DNA from: Horticoccus luteus
GTDB lineage: Bacteria; Verrucomicrobiota; Verrucomicrobiia; Opitutales; Opitutaceae
Assembly (NCBI RefSeq): GCF_019464535.1
Contig: NZ_CP080507.1
Coordinates: 1-32,000, forward strand
Reading direction: 5' to 3'
Length of the DNA: 32,000 nucleotides
Made by a program: the position numbers and the translations under genes. The first letter of the stretch is position 1, and each line of letters begins with the position of its first letter. Under the pieces are notes generated by a model. That model was given only the letters and a program-made list of their open reading frames with translations. It did not search any database and had not been told where the DNA came from. Below, piece by piece: positions 17,658-25,881 of this stretch.

Positions 17658-17688
17658 CACAAAAAAGCCGGTCCGTGCAGGACCGGCT
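17658..17688 (-). terminator. Rho-independent terminator downstream of pfp
   Basis: On the minus strand: AGCCGGTCC / 5-nt loop / GGACCGGCT followed by TTTTTTGTG. Lies 38 nt after the pfp stop at 17726. Confidence 0.75.
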
Positions 17689-17725
17689 GAACATTGCAAC
17701 GCGCGCGACGCGCCGCAGAGGGCAC

Positions 17726-18982
17726 TCAGCCTTCGTAGGCGGCGAGGGTCTTGTCGACGCGCTGGCGGCCGAAATGCGAGAAGGAGGGCACGCCGTTATC
17801 GAAGGGCGGCTGCACTTCGCCTTGAATCAGCGGTTGGGCGTAGCGCAGGAATTGGAAGTTCATGCTGATGCCGTCTTCGTTGATCCACTCGCGGGGCAGC
17901 TTCTTCACACCGTTGGCGATGTCGGAGAGCGGGGTGAGGCTGGTTTCGCAGGTGTATTGATCGGTCTCGCCACGCACGAGGGTGACCATGACGTCGGTCT
18001 CGCCATTGATGGCGGCCTGGACGGCTTTCTGGCCGGCGAGGAAGGCTTCGTCGGAATCGGTCTTCGAAGCGAGGTGAGCGGCGGCGCGCTGCATGAGGCC
18101 GGGCTTGGCGACGCGCGCTTTCACGCCGGGAAGATTATTGGCGATGACTTCGCTGAGGAATTCGCCGGCGCCGCCGAGCTGGGCGTGGCCGAAGGCATCC
18201 GTGGCACCGTCGGCCGCGACGTAGTTGCCGTCGCCATCGGTGAGGCCTTCCGCGACGACGACCTGGCAATAGCGTTCGCGTTTCAGCACGCGGCGGACGT
18301 CTTCGAGAAACTTCTCCTGATTGAACGGAATTTCGGGGAGGAGGATGATGTGCGGCGCATCGTGCGGATGGTCGCGGCGCTTCGCGAGCGCGGCGCCGGC
18401 GGCGATCCAGCCAGCGCTGCGGCCCATGACTTCGACGATCGAGACGAGGTCGCCCTGGCCCATCGCTTCGTTGTCGCAGGCGAGTTCACGCAGCGAGGTG
18501 GCGAGGTATTTGATGGTGCTGCCGTAGCCGGGGCAGTGGTCGGTGACGGTGAGATCGTTGTCGATGGTCTTGGGCACCCCGATGACGCGCAGTTCGTGGC
18601 CTTGTTGTTGCGCGAGTTTGGAAATCTTGTCGGCCGTATCCTGCGAATCGTTGCCGCCGATGTAGAAGAAATAGCGGATGTTGTGGGCCTTGAAAATCTC
18701 GATGACGCGATCGAAATCCTGCTGTTTTTTGAGCTTGTAGCGGCACGTGCCGAGGGCGGCGCCGGGGGTGTGGCGGAGACCGCGGATGGCCTGCTGCGAT
18801 TCCGCGGCGAGGTCGATCAGATCTTCGTTCAAAATGCCGAGCACGCCGTTGAGCGAGCCGTAGATTTCTTCAATGCACTCGTGGTTCAGGGCTTCGGAAA
18901 CAATGCCCGCGAGGCTGGAATTAATTACGGCAGTGGGGCCGCCAGATTGGCCCACCAAGACATTTCCTACGAGTTCAGCCAT
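17726..18982 (-). CDS. pfp: Pyrophosphate-dependent 6-phosphofructokinase (PFK family A, PPi type)
   Basis: VGQSGGPTAVIN, IGGNDSQDT and GVPKTIDNDL motifs. Asp at the GGDG-S 4th position and Lys in PKTIDND are the PPi-type markers. Confidence 0.85.
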   Translation of the reverse strand: MAELVGNVLVGQSGGPTAVINSSLAGIVSEALNHECIEEIYGSLNGVLGILNEDLIDLAAESQQAIRGLRHTPGAALGTCRYKLKKQQDFDRVIEIFKAHNIRYFFYIGGNDSQDTADKISKLAQQQGHELRVIGVPKTIDNDLTVTDHCPGYGSTIKYLATSLRELACDNEAMGQGDLVSIVEVMGRSAGWIAAGAALAKRRDHPHDAPHIILLPEIPFNQEKFLEDVRRVLKRERYCQVVVAEGLTDGDGNYVAADGATDAFGHAQLGGAGEFLSEVIANNLPGVKARVAKPGLMQRAAAHLASKTDSDEAFLAGQKAVQAAINGETDVMVTLVRGETDQYTCETSLTPLSDIANGVKKLPREWINEDGISMNFQFLRYAQPLIQGEVQPPFDNGVPSFSHFGRQRVDKTLAAYEG

Positions 18983-19303
18983 GAGAGTGTGAATAAAGGG
19001 TTGGAGAGAACGCTAAAGGGGCAAGAAAGCGGGTCGCCGGACGGGGATGCAAACTCAAATTTCCCGGGGAAAGTGCGCCGGGCATCGCCGTCGCGAACGG
19101 GTCTTCTGCGGCTGCCGCGGCCGTGCGCCCGCGGGGAAATGGGAAGGAAAGTCCGTTGGGCTGGCCGGCGTTGAGCGAGCCCCACGGGGCCTTGATCTCT
19201 CGCGCGCGGCCTCTGGTTTTTCTCGCCGCGATGGCTGGCGCGCCAGTCGCGAAGCGTATCGGTGGCCGACGACGAGGCGGTGAGACAAAGAGGGGCGGCC
19301 CGG

Positions 19304-20740
19304 TCAGAGCAACCGGGCGGGCTCGTAGTCGGCGGAGCCTTTGAAGCGTTTCGCGAGCGGTTTCACGTCGTCGACAAACGCATCGACTTGATGCGGCGCC
19401 GAGCCGACGAAGCGGTGAGCTTCGGCGAGGATCGCTGAAAGGGCGCGTTTGCCGAGGCCGATGCGTTTGTCGCCCGCGAGGCGGGCGAGCAGATCGGCAT
19501 CGCCGCCGGAACGCAGCGCTTTCGCCGCGGCGAGGGCATGCTCCTTGATCGCTTCGTGCGCGGTCTCGCGGCCGGCGCCCTGCTTGACCGCCTCCATGAG
19601 AATGGTGGTCGTGGTGAGGAACGGGAGGTTGCGCTCGTTTTCCGCCGCGATGGCGGCGGGGAAAACCTCCATCTGGCGCAGCACGGTGAGAAACGTTTCG
19701 AGCGAGCCGTCGAGCGCGTAAAAGGCGTCGGGCAGCGCGACACGGCGGACGACGGAGCAGGAGACATCGCCTTCGTTCCACTGGTGGCCGGCGAGCGCGC
19801 CCGTCATCGTGACGTAGCCGCTGAGGATCGTCGCGAAGCCGCAGATGCGCTCGCAGTTGCGGGCGTTGACCTTGTGCGGCATGGCGGACGAGCCGACCTG
19901 GCCGGGCTGAAACCCTTCCGTGAGCAAACCCGCGCCGGCCATGAGGCGGATCGTGGTGGCGAAACTGGCGGCGGCCGCGGCGACTTGGTGGAGCGCGGTG
20001 ACGGCGTCGAAATCGAGGCTGCGCGGATAGACCTGGCCGACGGCGGTGAGCGAAGCTTTGAAGCCGAGGTGGCGCAGTACGCGTTGCTCGAGTTGATCGA
20101 CCTTGCCGGCATCGCCGCCGAGGAGCGTGAGCTGATCGAGCTGCGTGCCGACGGCGCCTTTGAGGCCGCGCACGGGGTAACGCGCGATGAGTTCATCGAG
20201 CCGGGCGAATGCGATCTGCAATTCCTGGCCGAACATGGCGAGGCGTTTGCCGAGCGTGGTCGGTTGCGCGGGCACGTTGTGCGTGCGGCCGGTGATCATC
20301 ACGTCGCGGTGCGCTTCCGCCTGGCGGCTGAGCGCGAGGAGGGCGGCGGCGACTTTGAAGCGGACGAGTTCGAGCGCGCGGATGATCTGGAGTTGCTCGA
20401 CGTTTTCCGTGAGATCGCGGCTGGTGAGGCCGAGGTGGATGAACTGGCGGTGGGCGAGTTCGGAGAACTCTTCGATCCGCGCCTTCACGTCGTGCAGGGT
20501 GACGCGTTCGCGCTGGGCGATCGATTCGAGGTCAATCTGGGTTTTGACGCGTTCATAGTCCTTGATCGCATCGGCGGGGATCGGCACGCCGAGATCGCGC
20601 TGCGCCTTCATCACGGCGATCCAGAAATCGCGTTCGAGGCCCACGCGCCCGCGCGGCGACCAGAGGTTCTTCATCGCGGCCGAGGCGTAACGCTCGGCCA
20701 GGACATTCGAGATGACGTCGGGCGCGCTCACGGCGGTCAC
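19304..20740 (-). CDS. purB: Adenylosuccinate lyase
   Basis: 478 aa. Fumarate-lyase signature GSSAMPHKVNARN. N-terminal LAERYASAAMKNLWSP is typical of PurB. The GTG start at 20740 overlaps the ppnP stop (GTGA). Confidence 0.95.
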   Translation of the reverse strand: MTAVSAPDVISNVLAERYASAAMKNLWSPRGRVGLERDFWIAVMKAQRDLGVPIPADAIKDYERVKTQIDLESIAQRERVTLHDVKARIEEFSELAHRQFIHLGLTSRDLTENVEQLQIIRALELVRFKVAAALLALSRQAEAHRDVMITGRTHNVPAQPTTLGKRLAMFGQELQIAFARLDELIARYPVRGLKGAVGTQLDQLTLLGGDAGKVDQLEQRVLRHLGFKASLTAVGQVYPRSLDFDAVTALHQVAAAAASFATTIRLMAGAGLLTEGFQPGQVGSSAMPHKVNARNCERICGFATILSGYVTMTGALAGHQWNEGDVSCSVVRRVALPDAFYALDGSLETFLTVLRQMEVFPAAIAAENERNLPFLTTTTILMEAVKQGAGRETAHEAIKEHALAAAKALRSGGDADLLARLAGDKRIGLGKRALSAILAEAHRFVGSAPHQVDAFVDDVKPLAKRFKGSADYEPARLL

Positions 20741-21063
20741 AGAAACGAGCAGATGTATTCCGCCACGCCAGTGGCGACGGTGATGGTGAAGCCGGCATTG
20801 CCGGCGACGTCGAAGTGCTGGCCGGCGGCGTAGGACTGCGCGGTGGACGCGCCGTCGAGGAGGACGCTGCAGGTGCCGGCGACGATTTCCATGCGCTCGG
20901 GTGCGCCGGTCTTGAAATGAAAGGAGCCGGGGAAGACGAGGCCGAGGGTCTTCTTCGAACCGTCCGCGAAGAGGAGCGTGTGGCTGACGACTTTGCCGTC
21001 AAAATAGAGATTGGCCTTGGTGACGACGGTGACGTCGGAAAATTGAGTCGGGAGCGAGGACAT
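20737..21063 (-). CDS. ppnP: Pyrimidine/purine nucleoside phosphorylase PpnP (DUF1255/YaiE)
   Basis: ATG at 21063. 108 aa. ANLYFDGKVVSH ... GSFHFKTGAPERMEIVAG ... AEYICSFL parallels E. coli PpnP along its full length. Confidence 0.85.
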   Translation of the reverse strand: MSSLPTQFSDVTVVTKANLYFDGKVVSHTLLFADGSKKTLGLVFPGSFHFKTGAPERMEIVAGTCSVLLDGASTAQSYAAGQHFDVAGNAGFTITVATGVAEYICSFL

Positions 21064-21181
21064 CAGGCCGAGCGAAGCGCTTGCGCGCGTGGCAGGCAAT
21101 GCGGAATGGCGCCGGCCGGAGGGTGAGAAGACGCGCAGGAAGAACCGCTGGTGCGTTCCGCTCGAGGCGCGCGGGCTTGGA

Positions 21182-22294
21182 TTACGCCGCGGGGGCGAGG
21201 CAGCGGACGATCATCTCGCGCAATACGTCTTCGGCTTCGCGCGGGCGTTGCACGAGTTCTTCGAAGGCGTTGATGAATTCCTGCTGGTTGTCGATCAACC
21301 GGCGGAGCGGGGGCAACTTGCCGCCGGGCGCGAGTTTGCCGACATACCACGCGTTTTGCGTGAAGATGTTGTAGGCGCTTTTGTCGGCGGCGGCGGCGCC
21401 GAATTTGCCGGTGTAGCTGGCGGCGGCGCGTGAGAGGCCGTCGGCGCCGCGGGGGCCGAGGCGCACGTCGCCGGCGTCGGCCAGCGCGCGGAGCTGCAGG
21501 AGGATGCGGTTGCGGTTCTGCAGCGAGGAAATGACCGGGCGGGCGTCGCCACCGCTGAAGAAATGGCGCTCCAGCGCGGCGAGTGTCCAGGGCAGATCGC
21601 CGGTGAAAAACGCTTCCGCGGTTTCGAAGAAATCGCCTTCGGCGGCGTTGGGCGTGAGTTCGGCGACGAGCGATTCCTCGATGGTGCCGCCTTCGTCGAT
21701 GGAGGTGGCGAGCTTGCGCACTTCTTCGACGAGGAGGCGGGTGTTGCTGCCGACTTTGGCGAGGAGGAGTTTGGCGGCATCGGGCGTGAGTTTGACGCCG
21801 AGGGTGCGCGCTTCGCCGAGGGCGACGCCGGTCAGCGCTTCCGCGGCGGAATCGCCATCGCCGCCGACGAGGGCGAAGTCGGCGTTTTTCTCGCACCATT
21901 TGGGAAACGAGCGGCGGCGGTCGATGGGGGCCGCGGTGAGGAGCACGGCGGTTTCGGCGGGGTTGAGCGTGGTGAGCAGTTCCTGGAGGTCGGCGACGAG
22001 TTTGAGGGTGCCGTCGGCGCGGCCGGTGGGCGAGTCGGCGAGGAAGTTGATGTCCTTGAGCCAGACGACGCGTTGACCGCCGAACATGGGCACGGTTTGC
22101 ACGGCATCGCGAAAGCGGGCGATGGCGGACTCGACCTCGCCGACGTTGGCGGCGAAGCCGCTGAGGATGTCGCGGGAAAAATCGTCGGCGCCGGATTCGG
22201 CGGCGAGGGCGGCGAAGCGTTCGCGGCCGAGGCGGTCGACGAGAAAATCGTCCGCGCCGCAGACGAAGGTGAAGTTTTTGGCGGCGGCGCTCAC
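21182..22294 (-). CDS. holA: DNA polymerase III delta subunit (HolA)
   Basis: GTG start. FTFVCGADDFLV near the N-terminus, VPMFGGQRVVWLKD, LTPDAAKLLLAKVGSNTRLLVEEVRKLA and FFETAEAFFTGDLPWTLAALERHF match the characteristic HolA domain I-III landmarks. Length is 370 aa. Confidence 0.7.
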   Translation of the reverse strand: MSAAAKNFTFVCGADDFLVDRLGRERFAALAAESGADDFSRDILSGFAANVGEVESAIARFRDAVQTVPMFGGQRVVWLKDINFLADSPTGRADGTLKLVADLQELLTTLNPAETAVLLTAAPIDRRRSFPKWCEKNADFALVGGDGDSAAEALTGVALGEARTLGVKLTPDAAKLLLAKVGSNTRLLVEEVRKLATSIDEGGTIEESLVAELTPNAAEGDFFETAEAFFTGDLPWTLAALERHFFSGGDARPVISSLQNRNRILLQLRALADAGDVRLGPRGADGLSRAAASYTGKFGAAAADKSAYNIFTQNAWYVGKLAPGGKLPPLRRLIDNQQEFINAFEELVQRPREAEDVLREMIVRCLAPAA

Positions 22295-23370
22295 AGGAAA
22301 AAGTCGGATTGGAAGATGGGCGCGTTGGGCTCGCGGGAGAGTTGGAGGCGCATGCTTTGGAGGTTTTCCCGCACGAGTTCGCCCATGGTTTCGCAGGCGA
22401 GGTAGCTGCGGCGTTGGAAATGTTCGGCGAGTTGTTCGCGCAGTTCGTGCACTTGGGCGAGGGGCGCGATGGGATCGCGGGCCATCGCCTCCATGAGCAC
22501 GCCGAGGCGGAGGGCGGCGAGTTCGGCCCGCTGGAGCATGAGCGTCTCCTCCTCGCGCTGGTATTGCGCGGCGGTTTTGGAGTGGAGGTGTTTCACGCAG
22601 TAGAGCACGAGGGGCGCGTTCTCCTTGAAAAATTGCGGGAGGTAAAAGCGTTTTCGCCCGTCGAACGACTGCTGGTCGAAATCCATGGAGCGGATGCGGA
22701 CTTGCGCGCCTTCGAAGTCGGGGGTGATGACGAAGACGAAATTATACGAACGCATGTCGCCGAGCAGGCGCATGAAGCAGCGGGCGTTGAACTTGGTGAG
22801 TTCCTTGGCGACGCGGATGGGGCGGAGGTCGGGGTTTTGGAGCCAGCGGTCGATGAAGACATCTCCGGGGATGCCGGCGATGTGTTCTTCGACGAGGGTG
22901 TCGCCGCAGGTGATGTAGTTGAGGCGGTTGGGCGAGAGGAGGTGCTCGAGCTCGAGGCCGTAGACGCGCGAGGCGTCGGCTTTCTTGATGTAGAAATAGT
23001 CCTGATTGTCGTTATAGGCGTTAACGATGCGGATGCGGAAGGGCATCGAGTTGCCGAAGCTGCAGAAGTCGACGCGATCGATGTAGAGATGTTGAACGAC
23101 CGAGAAATCGCCGTCGACCTTGAGGAGGGCGTAGATGTGTTTCAGGTCGGCGTAGAGCTGGCCCATCTCGTGTTGTTCGTAAACGACGCTGTCCCACAAC
23201 GTGGGCTGGCCGGTTTCGTCGGCGAGAGCCATGGCTTCGTGAAAGCCGCGCAGGCGTTCGTAGGTGACGGGGAGGGCGCGCTCGCGGCGGTAGCGTTGCA
23301 GGTAGGCCCGCAAGTCGGCGCCGATGGGATAGCTCGGTTTTTTCTGGGTCGCCGCTTGTTGCTGGGCCAT
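22291..23370 (-). CDS. Conserved-looking hypothetical protein with protein/lipid-kinase-fold-like motifs
   Basis: ATG at 23370. 359 aa with ordinary amino-acid composition, whereas the antisense 511-aa ORF is a Gly/Glu/Ala/Val-rich shadow. Candidate motifs: YFYIKKAD (Lys129/130), LLGDMRSYN (Asp205/Asn210), SMDFD (Asp230/232). The stop overlaps the holA GTG (GTGA). Confidence 0.65.
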   Translation of the reverse strand: MAQQQAATQKKPSYPIGADLRAYLQRYRRERALPVTYERLRGFHEAMALADETGQPTLWDSVVYEQHEMGQLYADLKHIYALLKVDGDFSVVQHLYIDRVDFCSFGNSMPFRIRIVNAYNDNQDYFYIKKADASRVYGLELEHLLSPNRLNYITCGDTLVEEHIAGIPGDVFIDRWLQNPDLRPIRVAKELTKFNARCFMRLLGDMRSYNFVFVITPDFEGAQVRIRSMDFDQQSFDGRKRFYLPQFFKENAPLVLYCVKHLHSKTAAQYQREEETLMLQRAELAALRLGVLMEAMARDPIAPLAQVHELREQLAEHFQRRSYLACETMGELVRENLQSMRLQLSREPNAPIFQSDFFL

Positions 23371-23448
23371 GCGCGCACTGTAGGAGGCACGGAGGGCGTG
23401 ACAACTCCGCCGTCAATCGATCGTCGCGCTCGCGGCGCAGCGGTGGCC

Positions 23449-24102
23449 TTACGGGGCGGGCGGGAGCGCGTCGGTCGGCGCGATGGGAGCGGTGCGCCAG
23501 TTGAAGCTGACGGTGAGCACGCGCACGAGAAAGGTGAGCGTCGTGGCGAGGAGGGCGGCCATCGTGCCGGGCAGCTGGAGTTGCACGACGAGAAACACGA
23601 AGGTCACTGCGCCAAGGAGGGCCGCGAGGACGTAGAACTGCCCGGGGCGGAACACGAGCGGTTCCTCACCGGTGAGCAGATCGCGGACGAGGCCGCCGCC
23701 GGCGGCGTTGATCACGCCGACCAACACGGCGGCGGGCGCGGCGAGGCCGGCGTGGAGGGATTTTTGCACGCCGAAACACGCGTAAGCGCCAAGGCCGAGC
23801 GCATCGATGAGTGCGATCACGCGGCGAAAGCGGTGCACGTGTGAGCCGAGCGCCATCGCGGCGACGACGCCCGCAAGCACGACGTAAATGTAGGCCGGGT
23901 TGGTGAGCAGCGCAGTCGACGAGGCGCGAATGAACAAGGCGTCGCGCAGGAGGCCGCCGCCGATGCCGGAGGCCAGGGCGAGAAAAAACAGGCCCACGAC
24001 ATCGTAGCCGCGCTTGATCGCGGCAAGCGCGCCGGTCATCGCGAAGGCAAACGTCGCGCCGAGATCGAACCAGATGGGGAGTTGGAAATCGGAAGCGGTC
24101 AT
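23449..24102 (-). CDS. UPF0126 (YadS/YicG) / trimeric intracellular cation channel family membrane protein
   Basis: Two internal repeats each ending in a GGG-LRD motif (SGIGGGLLRDALF and NAAGGGLVRDLL). About 7 hydrophobic helices. 217 aa. Confidence 0.85.
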   Translation of the reverse strand: MTASDFQLPIWFDLGATFAFAMTGALAAIKRGYDVVGLFFLALASGIGGGLLRDALFIRASSTALLTNPAYIYVVLAGVVAAMALGSHVHRFRRVIALIDALGLGAYACFGVQKSLHAGLAAPAAVLVGVINAAGGGLVRDLLTGEEPLVFRPGQFYVLAALLGAVTFVFLVVQLQLPGTMAALLATTLTFLVRVLTVSFNWRTAPIAPTDALPPAP

Positions 24103-24198
24103 GGAGGAGAGACGGTGCGACGCGGCGCGCGCAGCGAGAGGCGAATCGGGCCGGGCGGGGTCGCAGGCGGGAGGAAGCGTTAACGCGCGTGGGCGGAG

Positions 24199-25602
24199 TT
24201 AATTCTGGCCGGAGGCGTGGGCAGACGGAGTTGCAGCGGGAGCGGCGGCGGAGGATTTTTCCCGCGCGAGGTAGTCGGTCCAGAGAGGAAAAATGTAGTC
24301 GGAGCCGAGGGGCTGGAGATCTTGCTCCAGCCAGACGATCCGCTCCTGGCCGAGGGACCAGCCGCGGTAGCCTTCGCGTGCTTTGAACAATAGATCGCCG
24401 ATGCCGACTGACATGCGTTGCGCGATGGAGCGGCCGGCAGCGTCGTCGCGCCAGGCGCCGATGGCGTGGAGGGTGGCGGCGATGCTGAGTTGGAGCATGG
24501 AGCCTTCAAACGCGTAAGAGGTGCTGCTGCGCATGCCGTTCCAATCGGTCGATTCGAATTCGGCGCACATGCCGATCTGGCCTTCGAAGGGGGAGAGGGT
24601 GGCGGCGCTGGCGCGCTGGAGGAGATGCGTGCGGTTGTCGCCACAGATGGTGACAATGGTGCGGGCGGTTTTGCAGAACTGGCGGTTGGCTTGGGTGCGA
24701 TAGAGTTCCCACGGTTGGGCGAGCGTGTAGCCGAGGTAGGTGAAGTCGTTGCGCACGCCGGCGCCGTGGCCCACGGTGCCGCCGAGTTTTTCGCCGGCGC
24801 TTTCGCCGGGCGCGCGGAAGGTGCCGCCGTTCATCAACAAGTCGCGCATCGCGGGCGTGTGCGTCCAGCACCGGAGGACGTTACGGAAATTGGCGATGCG
24901 CAGCTGTTCGGTGAACGCGTCGAAATCGAAGGTGCGGAAAAACGCGTTGAGTTCGTCGGCGCCGAAATAGAGCGACGCGGCGGTCATGACGTCGACGTAG
25001 CCTTCGACGATGTTGGGGTTCCAGCTCTTCTGATAGAGGGCGACGCCATCGAGGAGCACGCCGAAATCGTTGTCATCATCGAGGGTGAAGTGGCCGGCGA
25101 TGGCGAACGCGTGCATGAGCAGATCGGCGCGGCGGTGCTCCTCGGGCGAGAGGGCGTCCCAGACGGCGGGCGTGCGGCGGGCAAGGAGAAGGATTTGCGC
25201 GGCGGAGTTGTGGCTCCAGCCGCCGAGGCCGCCGAGCGCTTCGGGTTCGCGGGTGTTGCCGTCGGCGTCGGGCTCGCTGACGAGGAAGGTGCGGATTTTC
25301 GCGGCCACGGCGGCGGCGAGGGTGGAATCGCCGGCGGGGTGGAGCGGATCGAAATGAGCGGAGAGCGCGAGGAGCTGGAGCGCGAAAACGTGCGGGAGCT
25401 CATGATAGCGTTTGCCGGGGGAAAATTTCCAACGGGGCGCGGGCTCGGCGAGGGCGCGCGCGAGGAGTGGCTCGGGAAACGGAATCAGAGTGGAGGCGGG
25501 CGCGGACGGGGCGGCGGTCGCGGGCGAGGGTTGAGCGTGCGCGAGCGGCGCGGCAAACGTGAGGGCGCAGAGGGCGGCGAGGAGGGAGCGGCGAGCGAGC
25601 AT
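24199..25602 (-). CDS. Secreted protein of unknown function
   Basis: ATG at 25602 gives the signal peptide MLARRSLLAALCALTFAAPLAHA/QPS. 467 aa with balanced composition and no motif I can assign. The 516-aa track ORF adds an implausible upstream extension. Confidence 0.65.
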   Translation of the reverse strand: MLARRSLLAALCALTFAAPLAHAQPSPATAAPSAPASTLIPFPEPLLARALAEPAPRWKFSPGKRYHELPHVFALQLLALSAHFDPLHPAGDSTLAAAVAAKIRTFLVSEPDADGNTREPEALGGLGGWSHNSAAQILLLARRTPAVWDALSPEEHRRADLLMHAFAIAGHFTLDDDNDFGVLLDGVALYQKSWNPNIVEGYVDVMTAASLYFGADELNAFFRTFDFDAFTEQLRIANFRNVLRCWTHTPAMRDLLMNGGTFRAPGESAGEKLGGTVGHGAGVRNDFTYLGYTLAQPWELYRTQANRQFCKTARTIVTICGDNRTHLLQRASAATLSPFEGQIGMCAEFESTDWNGMRSSTSYAFEGSMLQLSIAATLHAIGAWRDDAAGRSIAQRMSVGIGDLLFKAREGYRGWSLGQERIVWLEQDLQPLGSDYIFPLWTDYLAREKSSAAAPAATPSAHASGQN

Positions 25603-25881
25603 GGAATGAAATTGCGGGAGGTGGACGGGCGAGGCGAACCAAAGAAAAGAAACGGGGCGGCGCGCGGCGTCGATGTTTTCAGCGCGGGACGTTGGCGTGC
25701 CAAGAAGCGAGGCGGCGAGGAATGGACGCCGGCGAAGAGGCGGAAGCAACGAGGACGCGTTGGCGGCGCACGAGGCGCGGAGCGGCTGATGGCGGTTGAC
25801 CGATGCCTGGCGCGCGGCGGGCGTCGGCGGGCATCGCTTCGGCCGACGGGTGGCGAGCGCCAGCGGGGCGTGCAGGCCTGA

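Noticed and set aside
19142-19155. GGAAGGAAAGTCCG, and GGAGGAAGGTCC at 29739-29750, resemble the RNase P RNA P4 element GAGGAAAGUCCGG
   Set aside because: No complementary 3' P4 strand (ACAGAAcccGGCUUA-like with matching pairing) is present nearby. The available non-coding space (about 320-355 nt) lacks the other conserved regions. This is most likely chance in purine-rich GC DNA.
17477-19174. 565-aa plus-strand ORF antisense to pfp
   Set aside because: Shadow ORF. The opposite strand encodes a full-length PFK with all signature motifs and its own terminator.
19538-20833. 431-aa plus-strand ORF antisense to purB
   Set aside because: Shadow ORF with Gly/Glu/Ala/Arg-rich composition. purB on the other strand is unambiguous.
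22309-23844. 511-aa plus-strand ORF spanning the kinase-like gene and part of the UPF0126 gene
   Set aside because: It crosses two well-behaved minus-strand genes and has repetitive Glu/Gly/Ala/Val composition with no motif.
24418-25881. 487-aa plus-strand ORF antisense to the secreted-protein gene
   Set aside because: Gly/Glu/Arg/Ala-rich shadow frame. The minus-strand product has a signal peptide and a normal composition.
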